A stretch of DNA of 64,000 bases, from the NCBI GenBank assembly GCA_051294905.1, contig CM119372.1:21950001-22014000 (forward strand), written 5' to 3'. Source of the DNA: Botryllus schlosseri. Taxonomy: Eukaryota. This document shows positions 1 through 13,720 of the stretch, in pieces (within the stretch, counting starts at the first letter, position 1; each line of letters starts with the position of its first letter). The notes beneath the pieces are model-generated. The model worked only from the letters and a program-made list of their open reading frames with translations, was not told the DNA's origin and ran no database searches. The position numbers and the translations under genes are program-made.

Positions 1-696
1 ATGAACCGGTAAAACAAATAACCGACACGGGGAGTCCTAAACTTTCTTATACTAATTGTCAGTTCCCTGAATATTGTGGGCGTCTCCATACCTGCGACTT
101 GGTCCTAGCAAAAGCACAATCTATCGTCTATGATATAATACGGTACTAAAAATATTTGACTGTATATTATTTTCCAAATCTGCATATATAGTGAGATTAA
201 TCCGATGCAAGTCGTTTACTTGCCCATTAGAAGGTTCGATTCATTTTCACAATACGTTTCCGTGCATAATAGGGCAATGTAACTGTGTAACTAGTTTAAG
301 CGGCTGTCCCTTCCAACTGAATGTAGTGGAAATTATTGCTATCGCTGACAACAACTAGAACATGGAAGTCATGTTTCAAGAGTCGGCTTTGATAGGCTCA
401 TAGTCAATATAGACAATGTACAGCATCGATATACTTCAGAAAACCGCACAAGCTTGCAAAACATCCCCCTGGACGAGTCCGAACAAAGCATCAGAGTTTC
501 GAAGCGGGAAAATCCCATCGTGAACGGCAAATGGTTATTTTTTCTATTGTATCTATCAACTGCGCTCATTGCTTTATTAACGGTTCATTTTATATCAGTA
601 ACAGAACTTCTCTTGCTGACAACCTTAACATCACGTAATAACACAGTATTCCAATTTACTTTCACACTGTCATCAGAACTAGCGTTTCTTACTTAC

Positions 697-732
697 CAGG
701 AAAGCAAATCCGGAATCAATGTCCGTCCGCAT
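697..732 (-). other. Possible first exon of a neighbouring minus-strand gene running off the left edge (MRTDIDSGFAFL)
   Basis: ATG at 732 followed by a perfect donor CTG|gtaagtaag; a further donor CAG|gtatgg at about 92. No product recognised. Confidence 0.25.
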
Positions 733-1436
733 TCCTAATTACTCCTAATCCCGTGCGTTTTATTCTTACACAAGCATCAGTGATGGCGGTCATTAAATCT
801 CCGCCGTGTCACTATTATGGGGAATTAAGCGACTCTTTTTACGTTGATGAGCCCGCTTTTGTGACAGAAGCGTCTCGCTAATAAAATTTTCTCGACGCTA
901 CTAAACCGCAATAGATACCTTCTATACCGTAAATACGTTATCTCCGCGGGAATTGCAATCAGCTGCGAATATGTATAAGCTATAACTGCTATACATTTCG
1001 TCGGATGATATTTAATTAGATGGAAATCTTCCGTCAAAATCTATTAAATGACCGACTTAACGCTACAAAGACATTTTGGAGCGTAGTTATTTATATGGCG
1101 CCGTACGTTAGGATTCCTAGGCTATTCGTTCTGCAGTCTGTTGCGTTACATACATTCGAAATATAAATTTTATCTCCGTACAGATTTGTCCCTGAATGAT
1201 GTAAAAAGCTTTAAAATAAACAATAAACATACAGGCCAGTGGTTCTTAACATTTTTCTCCTCCAGCGCCCTTTTCCCAAGATTGCCTGGATCCGGCTCCC
1301 ACTCTATTCAAGCACTGTAGTAAAATCCAATGGGTAAGAGGACGAAGTCCGGTCAGTCTTGTCAGGTTGGGACTTAAATATTGGAAATGTTTCGCGCATG
1401 AATCGTGCGCGAGGACATCTCGACATATATAACAAT

Positions 1437-1952
1437 TAGGGCTGGGCACAATGATTCGAGTACTCGAATCTGAATCGAGTATTGATTTTAATGATTCGAG
1501 TCGAATAGTAAAATACGATTTTTCGAGTACTTAAATTATACTCTCCTCGCCACTGGAATCTAATTTATCAACGAGAATTATAGTTTCGATACTAATTTTC
1601 ACTGCTGAAGCCTTGGAGCCTTGATTGGCCGTATCGTAGCATACCAAACATATAGTACAAAGCTACGAACGTAACTAGAAATAACACATTTCCGAAGTCA
1701 TGATTATCCCACAACATTGTCACCAAGTGCAATGAAATCGGCATGGTCGAAAAAACATTAAAGTATCTTTAATGTGATGGATAACAGGAATTATAGTCTC
1801 TGTGGTCGCATAAAAGGTACATATTTGAAATTCGAAATATTATATTATGTTGTGACGTCATAATGGGTGATACTCGATTACTCGACTCGACTCGAAGCAT
1901 TTCACGTGATTCAGAATCGAATCACTCAGGTACTCGATTTTGCCCAGCCCTA
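1437..1952 (+). mobile_element. MITE family A (hAT-like)
   Basis: TIR TAGGGCTGGGCA; 8-bp TSD ataacaat; copies at 4472 and 48943. Confidence 0.9.
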
Positions 1953-1980
1953 ATAACAATAACGATATAACAATTGTATG

Positions 1981-4900
1981 CATAGGCGCCGACTTTTATT
2001 TTTTTACGAGGTGGCGGATTTTTGTGACGTCATAATTGTTCCATATCGATGACTTCATCGTGGCACGAGAACGCACTTTACTGCATGCCGCTGGTGTACG
2101 TGCAGAGTTTAACCATTCCCGTGACGTTTTAATATCGGCCCTGCACTCATTAATATCAATCCATGCAGTCGAATTATTAAATGAAATCCTAAAACGGTAC
2201 GATCATTTGAAGTGTAACGGCGACCTGCGCTACCATTCCGTCCGACGGAATCTTCAGTTGCATCAATGTTATTCACGCGCAATGCCCCGTGTGAGTAACG
2301 AAATAGACTACGCACTGGCCTTGCAAGTAACACGCGAGAACTCTCGAATACTTCCAGCAGACAATAATGATGATTACAAACGCGAAATCGCGCAGCCAAT
2401 CAGTAATTGTCTCCTACGGTTTCTTGCTTCGCGTTGAGCAACTCGCATCGCGGCAATTGCTTGATGATTAAAACATTGGAGCATTTCCCGATTTAAGTTC
2501 GCGAAGCATTTCGGGAGTACATCGGCCAATTCGTAAATTCAATCTGCATGTCGACGGCCGCCAACGCATACTAATTGAATTACGTGTTGAAGGCCGCACA
2601 AACTTCCTTCTACGGCCGCGGGTTGGCCACTTCCGGCCGCATTCCGCGATCTTACCAATAGAGATTAGAGATCCACTGTCTATTTAATGCCTAATAGTTT
2701 AATATTCGATAATGTTGTTCTGGATACGAGTACATCCAGCAATCAAGTTTATCGGAATGTAGAAGGTTCCCTGTTCAAACGAATTCGTATAAAATCAGAA
2801 TTTGTGCCACCCATAATCTTGTGATGCATCACGTTAATAATGAAAGGAACACTGAAAAAGGACATTGAGCGAATTTCGGAGTACGAATGTATCAAGTAGA
2901 TAACAAGAAATATGGATGATGGCAAATGAGAAAGCGTCCATTTTAATCCGTATCGCCACGAATCGGTTTTGAGTCTGACATCGTATTGAGTAGCTTTGGT
3001 GGCAACAATTGTTTTCTTATTATATCTGTGTTTTCTCATTATATCGGTATTTAAGCTGTATTGCTGCATTTCCCGATTAATGCCACTGGCAAAGCATTGT
3101 TATAGAAAGGAATCTGCGCAGAAATGAATTCCAATTTGCAGGCACACACCAACACACCCTCCAATTTCGCGCTCCGATTACCTATCACGAAGCTAGCTAG
3201 CTCATGAATGGTTTTGTAAACGAATATGAGCGCACATAATTTAGATGTCAGAAAAGCAGAAAGTATATTTGGGCGCCCCATCTGGTCGGGAGAGGAGATC
3301 TAGGATGGTGCTTCTCAGCACACGCTAGTCGCGTGGCCAGTCGAAAAATTACGGGAATTCGGATTTTTATTTCAAATTTACCAATATATCATCAATTCAA
3401 TTCGGGTCAAGTACATGTGTAAATAGTGATCATATAATCTCTCCGTATCGACGATTTTAGGCGTATGATAAGCTTGCCGAAGAGTCCGGGAATGCTGTCA
3501 ATTAGCGAGTCCCTGATCTCTGGTGAACAATTAAATACGCGCGCGTATTACGCAGTCTCGGCTACAGTTTTCGCAAATCAAAATGTGCGAACTTGATGGC
3601 ACCGATTTCAAACCTTTGTCGTATTTCAGAACTCGAGACATGATACGCTTCTTCTGATCGTTACGTTCAAGTATTAGCGGGAATCAATTTCGCACGTTAA
3701 AGTCTGTTTGCAGCGATTCGATGTTATGCAGTTTCGCGATGTCGCTTTTTAATCAATATGACATAAAACAATCACTAATTAGCGTTAACTCGACCGCATT
3801 GTCGCCAAACCAGCGAGAGATAGGAGCCAAAGCATGCTAGGCCCGAGACGCGATAGTCAGACCATAGGCCAGCACCAGCATTCAGCAATGATCTTTTCCA
3901 CTCCAGGCATATTGCAGATGCTATTGTGTGAGCCAGGGATGATATCGTGCACACCAGGCCGAAGCCATTAATGCAGATGCGATTGCGCGGTTAAGCGATG
4001 ATATAGTGTGAACTGGGCCTACTGCAGATGCGATTGTTGAAGCCTGCGGAACCAGGCTTGATGGAGACGCGATAAATCAGGCTAGCGTCGATTGCCAAGC
4101 GTACGGAAATGAATGACCTAATTTCGCGACGATCTCAGCGGGAGATAATGACAGATTATTCTCGCTAATTGACAACACGTTTCTCGCAAACCCGCCGCGC
4201 GGAACACTGATTACAAAATTATTGAATCGCAACTGAATATTAGAGTTAGAATGATCATTTCAAAATGACGGGGTTTCGCGTTTTAAATAGGTAAGTTCGA
4301 CCCCCGAAACCCTCGTGGCTACGCGCCTGGCACACGCGCGCGTATCAAAATCGAAGACGTCTCCAACGCGGTCGCATCGATTCGCCTGATTACTAATTAC
4401 TGGTCACAAATCACTTGGGCGTTTGAGCATTTTGTACGAGATGGCCGCCACCTCGTAAATATGGTCTGGGCTAGGGCTGGGCACAATGATTCGAGTACTC
4501 GAATCTGAATCGAGTATTAATGTTAATGATTCGAGTCGAGTAGTAAAAGACGATTTTTTCGAGTACTGAAATTATACGCTCCTCGCAACTGAAAGTTAAT
4601 TTAGTAACGAATACTATAGTTTTTATACTATGTTTCACTGAGGAAGCCTTGAAACCTTGATGTGCCGTGTTGCAGCATAAGAGACACTGTACAAAGTTAC
4701 GATTGTTACTGGAAATAACACATTTCCGAAGTCATGATCATCCCAAAACATTGTCAAATAAGTGCAATGAAATCGGTATGGTTGAAAAAATACCAAATTA
4801 TCTTTAGCGTGACAGATAGCAGGCATTATGTTCTTTGTGGTGGCATAAAACGTACATATTTGAACTTTGGCATGATACATTATGTTGTGACGTCATAATG

Positions 4901-5015
4901 AGTGATACTCGATTACTCGACTCGACTCGAAGCGTAAAACGTGATTCAGAATCGAATCACCCAGGTACTCGATTTTGCCCAGCCCTACTCGTAACCTCGT
5001 AAGTCGGCGCCTATG
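1981..5015 (+). mobile_element. Non-autonomous hAT-like element J
   Basis: TIR CATAGGCGCCGACTT; TSD attgtatg; second copy at about 24577-27195. Confidence 0.88.
4472..4987 (+). mobile_element. MITE family A nested in J
   Basis: Same TIRs and body as 1437-1952; TSD not evident. Confidence 0.88.
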
Positions 5016-6130
5016 ATTGTATGTACTATATACGGGATCGAATCAAAATTGTTGTAACAACCATCGGGTACTGGCTCACAACATCTGGGTCGGGCCCGAT
5101 GTACACAACCCTAATTCACCTCCGCGATTGGCAAAGCGGGAAGTTAATTGTATTGAGTTTAACATGAATCCAAATCTCATACAAGGCTGTGGGTCACAAC
5201 TGTAAGCAGTATCATCCTTATTGATACGTTGAAGAAATATTCTGCCGATTTAATTTTATAGCTGTCAAATACATGAATATTTATTTATTCATTTTGGCGA
5301 AAAAACATCAAAGAATCTTTATTGTACAAAGGGCTCTCACTCTCAAAAGTGGCACAGTTAGGGTTGTGTTTAAAACAAAATTCAATTTGAAACAAACATG
5401 CTTAAAACAAGGCCCTTGTTCAAACATGTTTTTTGTTTGTTTTTTAAACAATGACGTCACGAATATTCAATCGTGAGGTCATAGTAGATTGGTATTGACA
5501 GTTTGAAATATAGGGTCAATATAGCTCCTTTTACGAAATAGGCTTCCAACCTTTTACCAGGACTGGATCGTCATGCAGCATTTTACGGTCGGCGATCATC
5601 ATCAGAACATCAGAACATGCATTCCGTACCAATGATCTATACCTACATGCTATAGCTGTTGAACCGACTATTTCGCGGGTTCGAACCATCCCATATCATA
5701 AACGTGGGCTATACAGGGTGGCAATCGTCCGTAGACTCATAGAACATGTTGTCGGAACGTATTTACACGCTTATGGCATAATTATAAGACTTGGAAAAAA
5801 GCAATTTTTTTAAGGTCTTTGCTTAAAACTCTGTTTAAATGTATGTAAATGTTTGAATCCCGGCAGTTCATTTCTCGCCGAAGATCAGGAAGACAATGTG
5901 TATTTGGAAACTGCATTGCCATACAGGCGTCGCCATGTCGGCTATTCTCTCTTATCAATTAGCGCATCGTACAGTCAAAGATCTTGCGGCGGGTAGGTCG
6001 AATTCACGAGTGGTATTGGTTGCCGGCGCGACAACTTAAATTTTAGAATTATGAAAAGGGGGGTCTGAGCCCCTAACCTCGAATATGCAATTTTCTTGAC
6101 CTCTAAAAAAAATTTCAATTTGTATATACT

Positions 6131-6570
6131 TAGGCTTACCATACGTCCTCTTTTAAGAGGATTTGTCCTCTTTTTTGACTTTTTTGAAAGTGTCCTCGGA
6201 GAACGCCCTTTTGTCCTCTTTTTTGAGATTTTGTCCTCTTTTTTGAAAATTTAGGTCAGATTTAGAGCAAATTGCGAGTGATATGCGGCAAATTAGCACA
6301 GAAGTGAAGCTCCGGCGGGTATTTCGGAGTGAAAAACGGTGATTTTAGCTCTGAGCGAAAAGATGACTTTTTTTTTAGTCATCCACATGGCAATGTGGAG
6401 AGAAAAACGGTATTTTGAGCTCTGAGCGGAAGAGATGACCTTTTTTTTTAGTCAACCGATCACAAAGTGGGAAAAATTCACCGGTTTTTCAGAATTCTAC
6501 TCCGGTTTTGCAAGTTGCAAATTTCTGAAAAAGTGTCCTCTTTTTAGATTTCCAAAATATGGTAAGCCTA
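6131..6570 (+). mobile_element. MITE family E (hAT-like)
   Basis: TIR TAGGCTTACCATA; subterminal TGTCCTC repeats; flanking atatact duplication; copy at 30973. Confidence 0.85.
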
Positions 6571-7098
6571 ATATACTGCCACGAGAATAATTGTTCTCGC
6601 AGCGATGACAATTTACAACAAGTTGCTGCAACTTTTATCAATTTAGTACAAAAATAGAAATTTGGCAAAAAGCCATATCTTACACATAAACGAGCCGTAT
6701 ATAACTCTCCAGTCATAGGTTGTCGACCCCTGCAGATTGTATTTACATAAAACAACTTCGAAAACGAATAAATGCAGCAAGTTAATTTGAATTATAACGC
6801 ACAAACTACATTGACAATTGGTTCCCAAAATGTGATACACGATTAATCGCAGCTCACCTGTAACTTATGAATATTTTAAATTGCAATACATGTGACAATT
6901 TCCTACGCAATGAAAATTGAGATATTACAGCCTCATAAACAGAAGTACTGTAACGCTGCAATGAATGTAAAAGTGGATCCGTCACCAGAATTGTGAGACG
7001 ATAAAACGCAATATTAACGGCGAGTAACCCATGTACTAATTATCGCGGCACCATGGATTTCTCAACGCCTCCGTTTCTCTTGCTGGAAGTACCGATAG

Positions 7099-8084
7099 TG
7101 GGATGGTGTGAACGTGAGGTTCACGTTCGCGTTCGGCGTGTGAACCTCGGAAAGTTAGAGGTTCGCGTTCACAACAGAACCTTGGTAGGTTCTGCACTGT
7201 GAACCTTTTTCATATATTACAATTTTCACTTCATTATAACATCTTTGCATTTCAACTGCTGGCCACTCTACGCTTGGCGCAGCATTGAAAATCAACACTA
7301 AACGAGCATGCACCTTGACAATCTCAAAAGTTTTACTTGCTTTGTTACAAAAGTTTGCACAAAATATCCAGCTTTCTATTCGTGAATATTTAGTGACTCT
7401 CTGCTGTGAGCTTGACCTGCAATCACACAACATCACGAGCGAAATACGTAGTCAGCGAATGATGCTTGTTCAACAAATTAATGAGATTGATATCGTTTTC
7501 TCGTTTTCTGATGTAAAAAATCTAGCAGGCGTAAGGGGTTAATCTTGACTTCATATCTTTACTACATCATAAGTACCAAATCCGTGCGATTGAGGTGTTG
7601 GTTACTGCTGTACAACTTGTTAATGGGGTAATATCGGTAGCAGGTATAGGAACCCGTTTTACACTCTGCTCAATATCAATGTAGCAATACCCAGACGCCG
7701 AATACATTGTCCAGTCTGACCTGGACCGCTAAGGCGTAAGCTTATATTCCCTGGTAAGTCTTCGTCGAAATTGTTGGCAAAGCGACGGGAAATATTGATT
7801 TTATGGGAGTATTATATCCTTTGATTGCCTCAGTTGATGCATTTAGCGACGTTTAAAACGCCAATATGTACATCAGCATTGTGGCATTATGTGGCCCGAG
7901 TCGTCGCTGGGTATCGCGTACATTAATATATTATATTATATTATATTCATTGAAAGATAGGGTTGGAATTAGCGATATGACGTCACGTGACGTCATGAGG
8001 TTCACGTTCGCGTTCACACAGAACCTTTTAAAAATGTTGGCGTTCACACGAACCTGAACCTTTCAGAGTTTCACACCATCCCTA
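7099..8084 (+). mobile_element. MITE family B (hAT-like)
   Basis: TIR (T)AGGGATGGTGTGAA; GTTCAC/GAACC subterminal motifs; TSD accgata(g/c). Confidence 0.88.
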
Positions 8085-8653
8085 ACCGATACGCACTAGC
8101 GTAGCAACCGGCGAACCACTGGCGCCTTTGCCCCCTCCAAATTTCCTACTGGTTAATTGTGAACTCGTAGGCCAACTTACTGCGTCCCACTGGATATGAG
8201 ATGTCGATAAAAATGTTGCCCCTTGTAAACTTTCCCAGCGCGTTTCCAGCATTGTCCCAGTACATTTGGACTTGGGTTAACAACATTTGACTATTTCCAC
8301 TTGTTGTGGTCGTTGCTACCTTTTCAGAGAGATACTAGACGGGAAGGTACTAACAATGATATGACAGCGATGCGCCCAGATTCTGTTTCCGCACTATTTA
8401 CACTCAGTGCAAACGTCTCGGAAATAAACATGGATGCACCCGCCAAATAGGCCACTCTCAATATTACATGCAGAATATATACATTATACATCTTCATTTA
8501 TCGCAATCCAGATTCCCACACCAGAAAATATATACTAACGCAGTTTCATTCGCTATACTTGTCACGTTTTTCTGGATGTGTATATGCAGCTGAAATGGTT
8601 TCAAAGGGACAGCACCATTGTTCGGCACACGCATTGTTATGTGGTCTCTATAC

Positions 8654-9587
8654 TGGGAATGGTGCGAACGTGAGGTTCACGACGTTCACGTTCGCGTTCT
8701 GTGTGTGAACCTCAGAAATTTAGAGGTTGCCGTTCACAAACGAACCTTGGTAGGTTCTGCACAGTGAACCTTTTTCATATATTACAATTTTCACTTCATT
8801 ATAACATCTTTGGTTGAAATTTATTGCATTTCAACTGCGGGCCACTCTATGCATGGCGCTGGCAGCATAAAAATCAACACTAACGGGCAAGCACTCAAAA
8901 ATGTTACTTGCTTTGTTACAAAAGTTTGCTTGAAATATCCAGCTTTCCGTTAGTGAATATTCAGTGACTCTCTCCTATGAGCTTGACCCGCAATCACACA
9001 GTATCAAGAGCGAATACACTACAAGTAGATAGTCAGCGAATGATGCTTATTCAACAAATCAATGAAATTGATATCGTTGTCTGATGTAAAAAATCTAGCA
9101 GGCGTACAGGGTCAATCTTGATTTCATATGTTTATTGTACAATGATAAAAACCAAATCCGTGCGATTGGGGTGTTGGCTACTGCTGTATAACTTGTTAAA
9201 GGGGTAACATCGGTAGCAAGTATAGAAACCCGTTTTATACTCTGCTCAATATCAACGTAGCAAGACTCAGTAGGTGTGTTCAAATTGTACTGGCTACTTG
9301 ATAAAATTGTTAGGTTACCTAATTTAAGCCTGAACGCCAAATTTGGTTCAATTCCAACCAATAGCCGCATTGCTACAGGAGAAGAAAGTTTCTATTTATT
9401 ACATAAAATTTTTTTTAAAAAATTCAAAATTTTCTGTTCATCCCATCAAAGTGTTAGGTTGGAATTAGCGATATGACGTCACGTGACGTCATGAGGCTCA
9501 CTTTCGCGTTCACACAGAACCTTTCAAAAAGGTTCGCGTTCTTACGAGCTTGAACCTTTCAGAGGTTCACACTTCACACCATCCCTA
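8654..9587 (+). mobile_element. MITE family B, chimeric copy
   Basis: Matches 7099-8084, but about 9280-9453 is replaced by sequence matching the arm of the palindromic element at 36803. Confidence 0.85.
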
Positions 9588-9590
9588 TAC

Positions 9591-9955
9591 AAGTGGTTCC
9601 CAACCTTTTTCGACCCATCGCCCCCTTTTCAAGGTCAACACCGATCATCGCCCCCCAAATTTTGTGTACCGAAAATTGGGCATACAAACTGTAATCACCG
9701 GTGGGTTGACTAAAAAAAAAAGTCAAATTTTCAGCTCGATGTCTAATTTGACACACTTTTGTTACTAAATTTCTGTGGGTTGACTAAAAAAAAAGGTCTG
9801 CCGTTTTGACGCGTCATCGCCCCCTTCGCTATTTTCGCCCCCCGTCACCCCCTTTGTCCATTTTCGCCCCCCTGTCGCCCCCTTCGTCATTTTCGCCCCC
9901 CTAGACCGCCAAATCGCCCCCTAGGGGGCGATATCGCCCACGTTGGGAACCACTG
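9591..9955. mobile_element. Charlie-like MITE with internal TCGCCCCC repeats
   Basis: TIR AGTGGTTCCCAAC / GTTGGGAACCACTG. Confidence 0.8.
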
Positions 9956-12900
9956 CTATATACCATCAAAGTTCTCAAATCAGTATAGCGATTACATAAA
10001 TTTCTCTCCCAGAAAATGCGCAGGTCAGAATTAAGTAGTCGAAAGTTGTGGCAAGCATATTTTAACGATACCCGTGATTGTCATCATTTCGACAAATTAG
10101 TGCTAATAACCAGGATATGCCTTCGATTAATTCTAGTGTTGAGGAATACTCAGTGAGATGTCAAAGAAATGTGCAACTACGTCATTTCAGTAATCAAGTC
10201 ATTCTTAAAATTTCTTGTTGCACTGTAAAAATATTCACTTCGACGTAGTGGTAAAAAATTATAAAGTAGGCTACTCGGTGAATTAGCGTATGGCTAAGTT
10301 CTACACTGTAGGACGTAGGTGCGTAGCGTTTGACAATGGGTTCGAGGACGCAGTCATAAATAAATAATAAATGAAAGAATTTTATTATGATTTCTGGTGA
10401 GACTCGATTTGTACATATGAAATATTCAGTGCTCCAAATCTTGTTGAAATGTCTGCCTTCAGCCGCATCTTTCATTACTTTGATATAAGATCGTTTGTGA
10501 GTATGGGTGGGGATGACCGCCAATCACGTGCATTGATTGCATTATTTTACGAATTGGGATTTGGAAACGTAATAGTTCAAAACGTAGACCTGGCAATAAA
10601 CAAGATTTGAACTTGAATATGGAAACATTGAATTGTAACTTTAATTGCTAAGGCAGAATTTGCTATATTGTCTAATTTTAATCTGGATCAGGCTACTCGC
10701 ACCTCACACGACGTACTTAAATCACAGTGCATAAATAAACTAGATTCCAAAGTAACCGCATTTCCGGTTCACTTTATACGGTAGTTTTTGTCCACACATT
10801 GAAATTAATAAATAAATTTTATAGCCTAAATTCCGAGTAACTTTTCGCGGGCCGCTCATAATCGCGTCGGGGCAGCAAAATGCCCAGGTCTGATCTTGAC
10901 GGTTGTCTGTAATTTCAATTCGTTTCGTATAAACAATATCACGATCTCCTTAAAAATGATCATTCCATTTTAGCAAAAGATAAGGGAACTGCAAAGTATT
11001 CATGGGCTTCATTTGAAAAATATATTTGATTTTTGTTTGTGTCTGTAACTTATGCTTTGCATTATTTTTGTCACTTTTTGCAGCAACTATCAAGGTTATG
11101 CAAGACGTGATCAAACTCAAACGTAACAATTCTACTTTCGTTTTACTTGCTGACAAAATAATGGCCTCTTTTGGGCGCTGAAAATATGGTAAGCCTTATA
11201 AAGCGTAACATTAGGAACGAATTGTGCGGCCAGTTCCCCAGGGTTGTGGTTATTCATCGTATGGAGGCCGATTGCGATGAGAATCCGCGCTGTTTTATTA
11301 TGTGGAGGCAAAGTGAGTGACAAATGATATGTTTTTGACATATACCAAAAGAATAAGACTATAAGATAGAAATCGCGTTGGGAAACGTCAACAGTGGTGA
11401 AATGGTACCAGAAATTTCGCCAACAGTCAAGAAGCCGTCGGCAGAGGTGCAGGATTTCATCGATTATAAATGTAGCCGGACTGGGTCCGGATTTTGAAAT
11501 TGCTTTAAAATTCGGATTTTTTTCACTGAAATAAGACAAATTTTAGCAGGATAATTGTGTGCTCTGAATTGGAAAGTCCCCAGGCGGATTTTTGAATTTC
11601 CAGCCGGTGCTGGATGGATTCGGATTCCGAAAAGTCGGAGTCCGATCGTCTCTGGCCGTGACGTGCGATTACGACTAACCTCGACCCCGCAGAGATCTCG
11701 CGTATTCCGGTGCATATTTGAAAATATTTTAGCTTCAGTTCGAATACAGCGGCTCTTTGAAGAAAATTGCTACCGTCAAATATTTTACCTTATTTTGAGA
11801 ACACATCGTATTTAGAGCGTAGCGCCCAGATAATGAAAATGGCAACAATTCCTCTTAACACGTGATTCGTAACCGCAATAGGAAGGAAAATTCATCTTCG
11901 CATTAGTACGAAGTGAAAAGCATAAATTTATCTTAACTTGAAAATTGTGAAATCACACTGCATTTACTACAAAACAGTTAGGGTAACTGGTGATCCATGA
12001 TGGTAAAATTAGTTGATTTCAATTATAAATCCTGAGTATTACAATCCCGGACTACAGCCGGATCACTTCCCATGTCGTCACGCTGCAACTGATTAGAATC
12101 CTATCAAATAGCCTCCGTCTTAAATTGTCTTCAACATCAACTGTGGATGGTCATGCCATTACCATGATATTTACATATTACCTTTCACTAACTAGCGACT
12201 TCAGCAGGTTGTTCGGGCTGTGCCCCATGATCTTTCCTCCCCTACTTCTTTCCCAAACCGCTTGAGTTGATTGAATAACCAGGGTTATCTTGCTATAATA
12301 TAGTGACGAATTTCAGTGCTTGACAATTGAAAGCGTTTCTGCCGCGCATTCAAGCGAAATCAGCCAACGCTCTGTGTATATAGCAGACTACGATCGTGGA
12401 TTGTGCTACACCCGAGTCAGTCGCGATGCAGAGATTAGAACCATGTACATTGTTTTATTCACAAGTGTGTTTTATTCACAAGTGCAGATTATAAGTAAAA
12501 GAAACAGCATCAAGAATCACAATCTACCGCATACAAATCGCCCTAGTAATACCCACACTACTGTAACCCTAACTAGGAAGACGTTAATAAGGGACATTGG
12601 TTATATCTTTAGAAGCAATGCAAATAGAAACTTCACAACTGCTGCAACTCGATTGTTTTGCATATTGTGTAGACCAGCTCAGTGGTTACGGCTGGATTTC
12701 AGAAGCTGAGCAGAATGTTAGATGTGTTCAGAACTTTCAAATATACTCAAATTAAGATTGAAGGGTTGATTAAAAATAAGCACTTGGAACGGTATTGAGT
12801 ATTGACTGAAATGAATGAGAACATATTTTTGCATTTCCTTCCAGTACCAAATTTACACAAATTGAACATTAAAGTATTGCAATACCTTCATGAAAACGAG

Positions 12901-13600
12901 ATTTTTAGGAAGTGGTGAAAGATAAACAGCATTTATTTGACGAAATGTCATATTTCTGGATTGCCAGATTCACTAATCTTGCGATTATATTGTTTCTGCG
13001 GAGTTTTCTTAGTGAATATACAAAAGGAATGGAAATGGGCTTGCTTGGAATACCCGACTAGGAATTAAATCAGTCACGCAATCGATCACAACAACCCTTT
13101 ACATTTTAGATTGATTTGTTAAGGATTAGCAAACCTCTTTGTCCAGCAGGCAACATCGGCTATAAATTTTGAAACAGTGACCGCAAAAAGAATAAGTAAT
13201 TTTTACAATGTCGTCTCATCATGGGGCTACTGGATATAAAGAACAATATGACATCACATTGCCAAGACCGCAAATATACTTGAGTACTGGGTGGCTAGTT
13301 AATGTTGAAGCATCTTGGGTCAATATAAAAGTTTAGTTGACAAATACAAATCATCATATCATGAGCCTTAATGAAGCATAACAAGGGTACATGGTACACA
13401 CAGCTGAGAACCAGCGGTGGAGCCTTCAGTATCGAAAAAATTGTTAAAAACCATGATCACTCATCTACGCTAAGATACGAATTGTGACACCTATTACAGG
13501 AATGGAACATATACGATATCAGCTGCATAATTTACAGTGCAGTAATGAATGAGTACCGCCGAAAATAGCGATCACACAAGTTACACATCCAGTGTCTATT

Positions 13601-13720
13601 CTAGCGACAGAGGCCTGGGTAAAAATAGATCTTCTTGCGGAGGGTGTGGAGTACTTCACTTATTTGCACCGCTCTTGTTCCCTTTTCTTTGCCAGACTTA
13701 TTCGAGACGCCGTTATTCAC
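13601..13720 (-). CDS. Caspase last coding exon 17 (VNNGVS...VQISEVLHTLRKKIYFYPGLCR*)
   Basis: VN..VS, Q....TLRKKxYFxP C-terminal motif; ttttctag acceptor; TAG at 13603-13601. Confidence 0.93.
   Translation of the reverse strand: MNNGVSNKSGKEKGTRAVQISEVLHTLRKKIYFYPGLCR

Larger units (their letters stand above)
1237..5358 (+). mobile_element. Composite hAT/Charlie-like non-autonomous element, copy 1 (right end not found)
   Basis: Starts CAGTGGTTCTTAAC; collinear with 21123-27562 once the insertions private to each copy are removed. Confidence 0.7.

Noticed and set aside
2036..2437. 133-aa ORF in element J as a possible transposase
   Set aside because: No transposase motifs, and the frame is not preserved in the second copy at about 24630-25010.
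5921..5928. atacaggc matching the 8 bp before composite copy 1 as a possible TSD
   Set aside because: Not preceded by a recognisable right TIR; may be chance.
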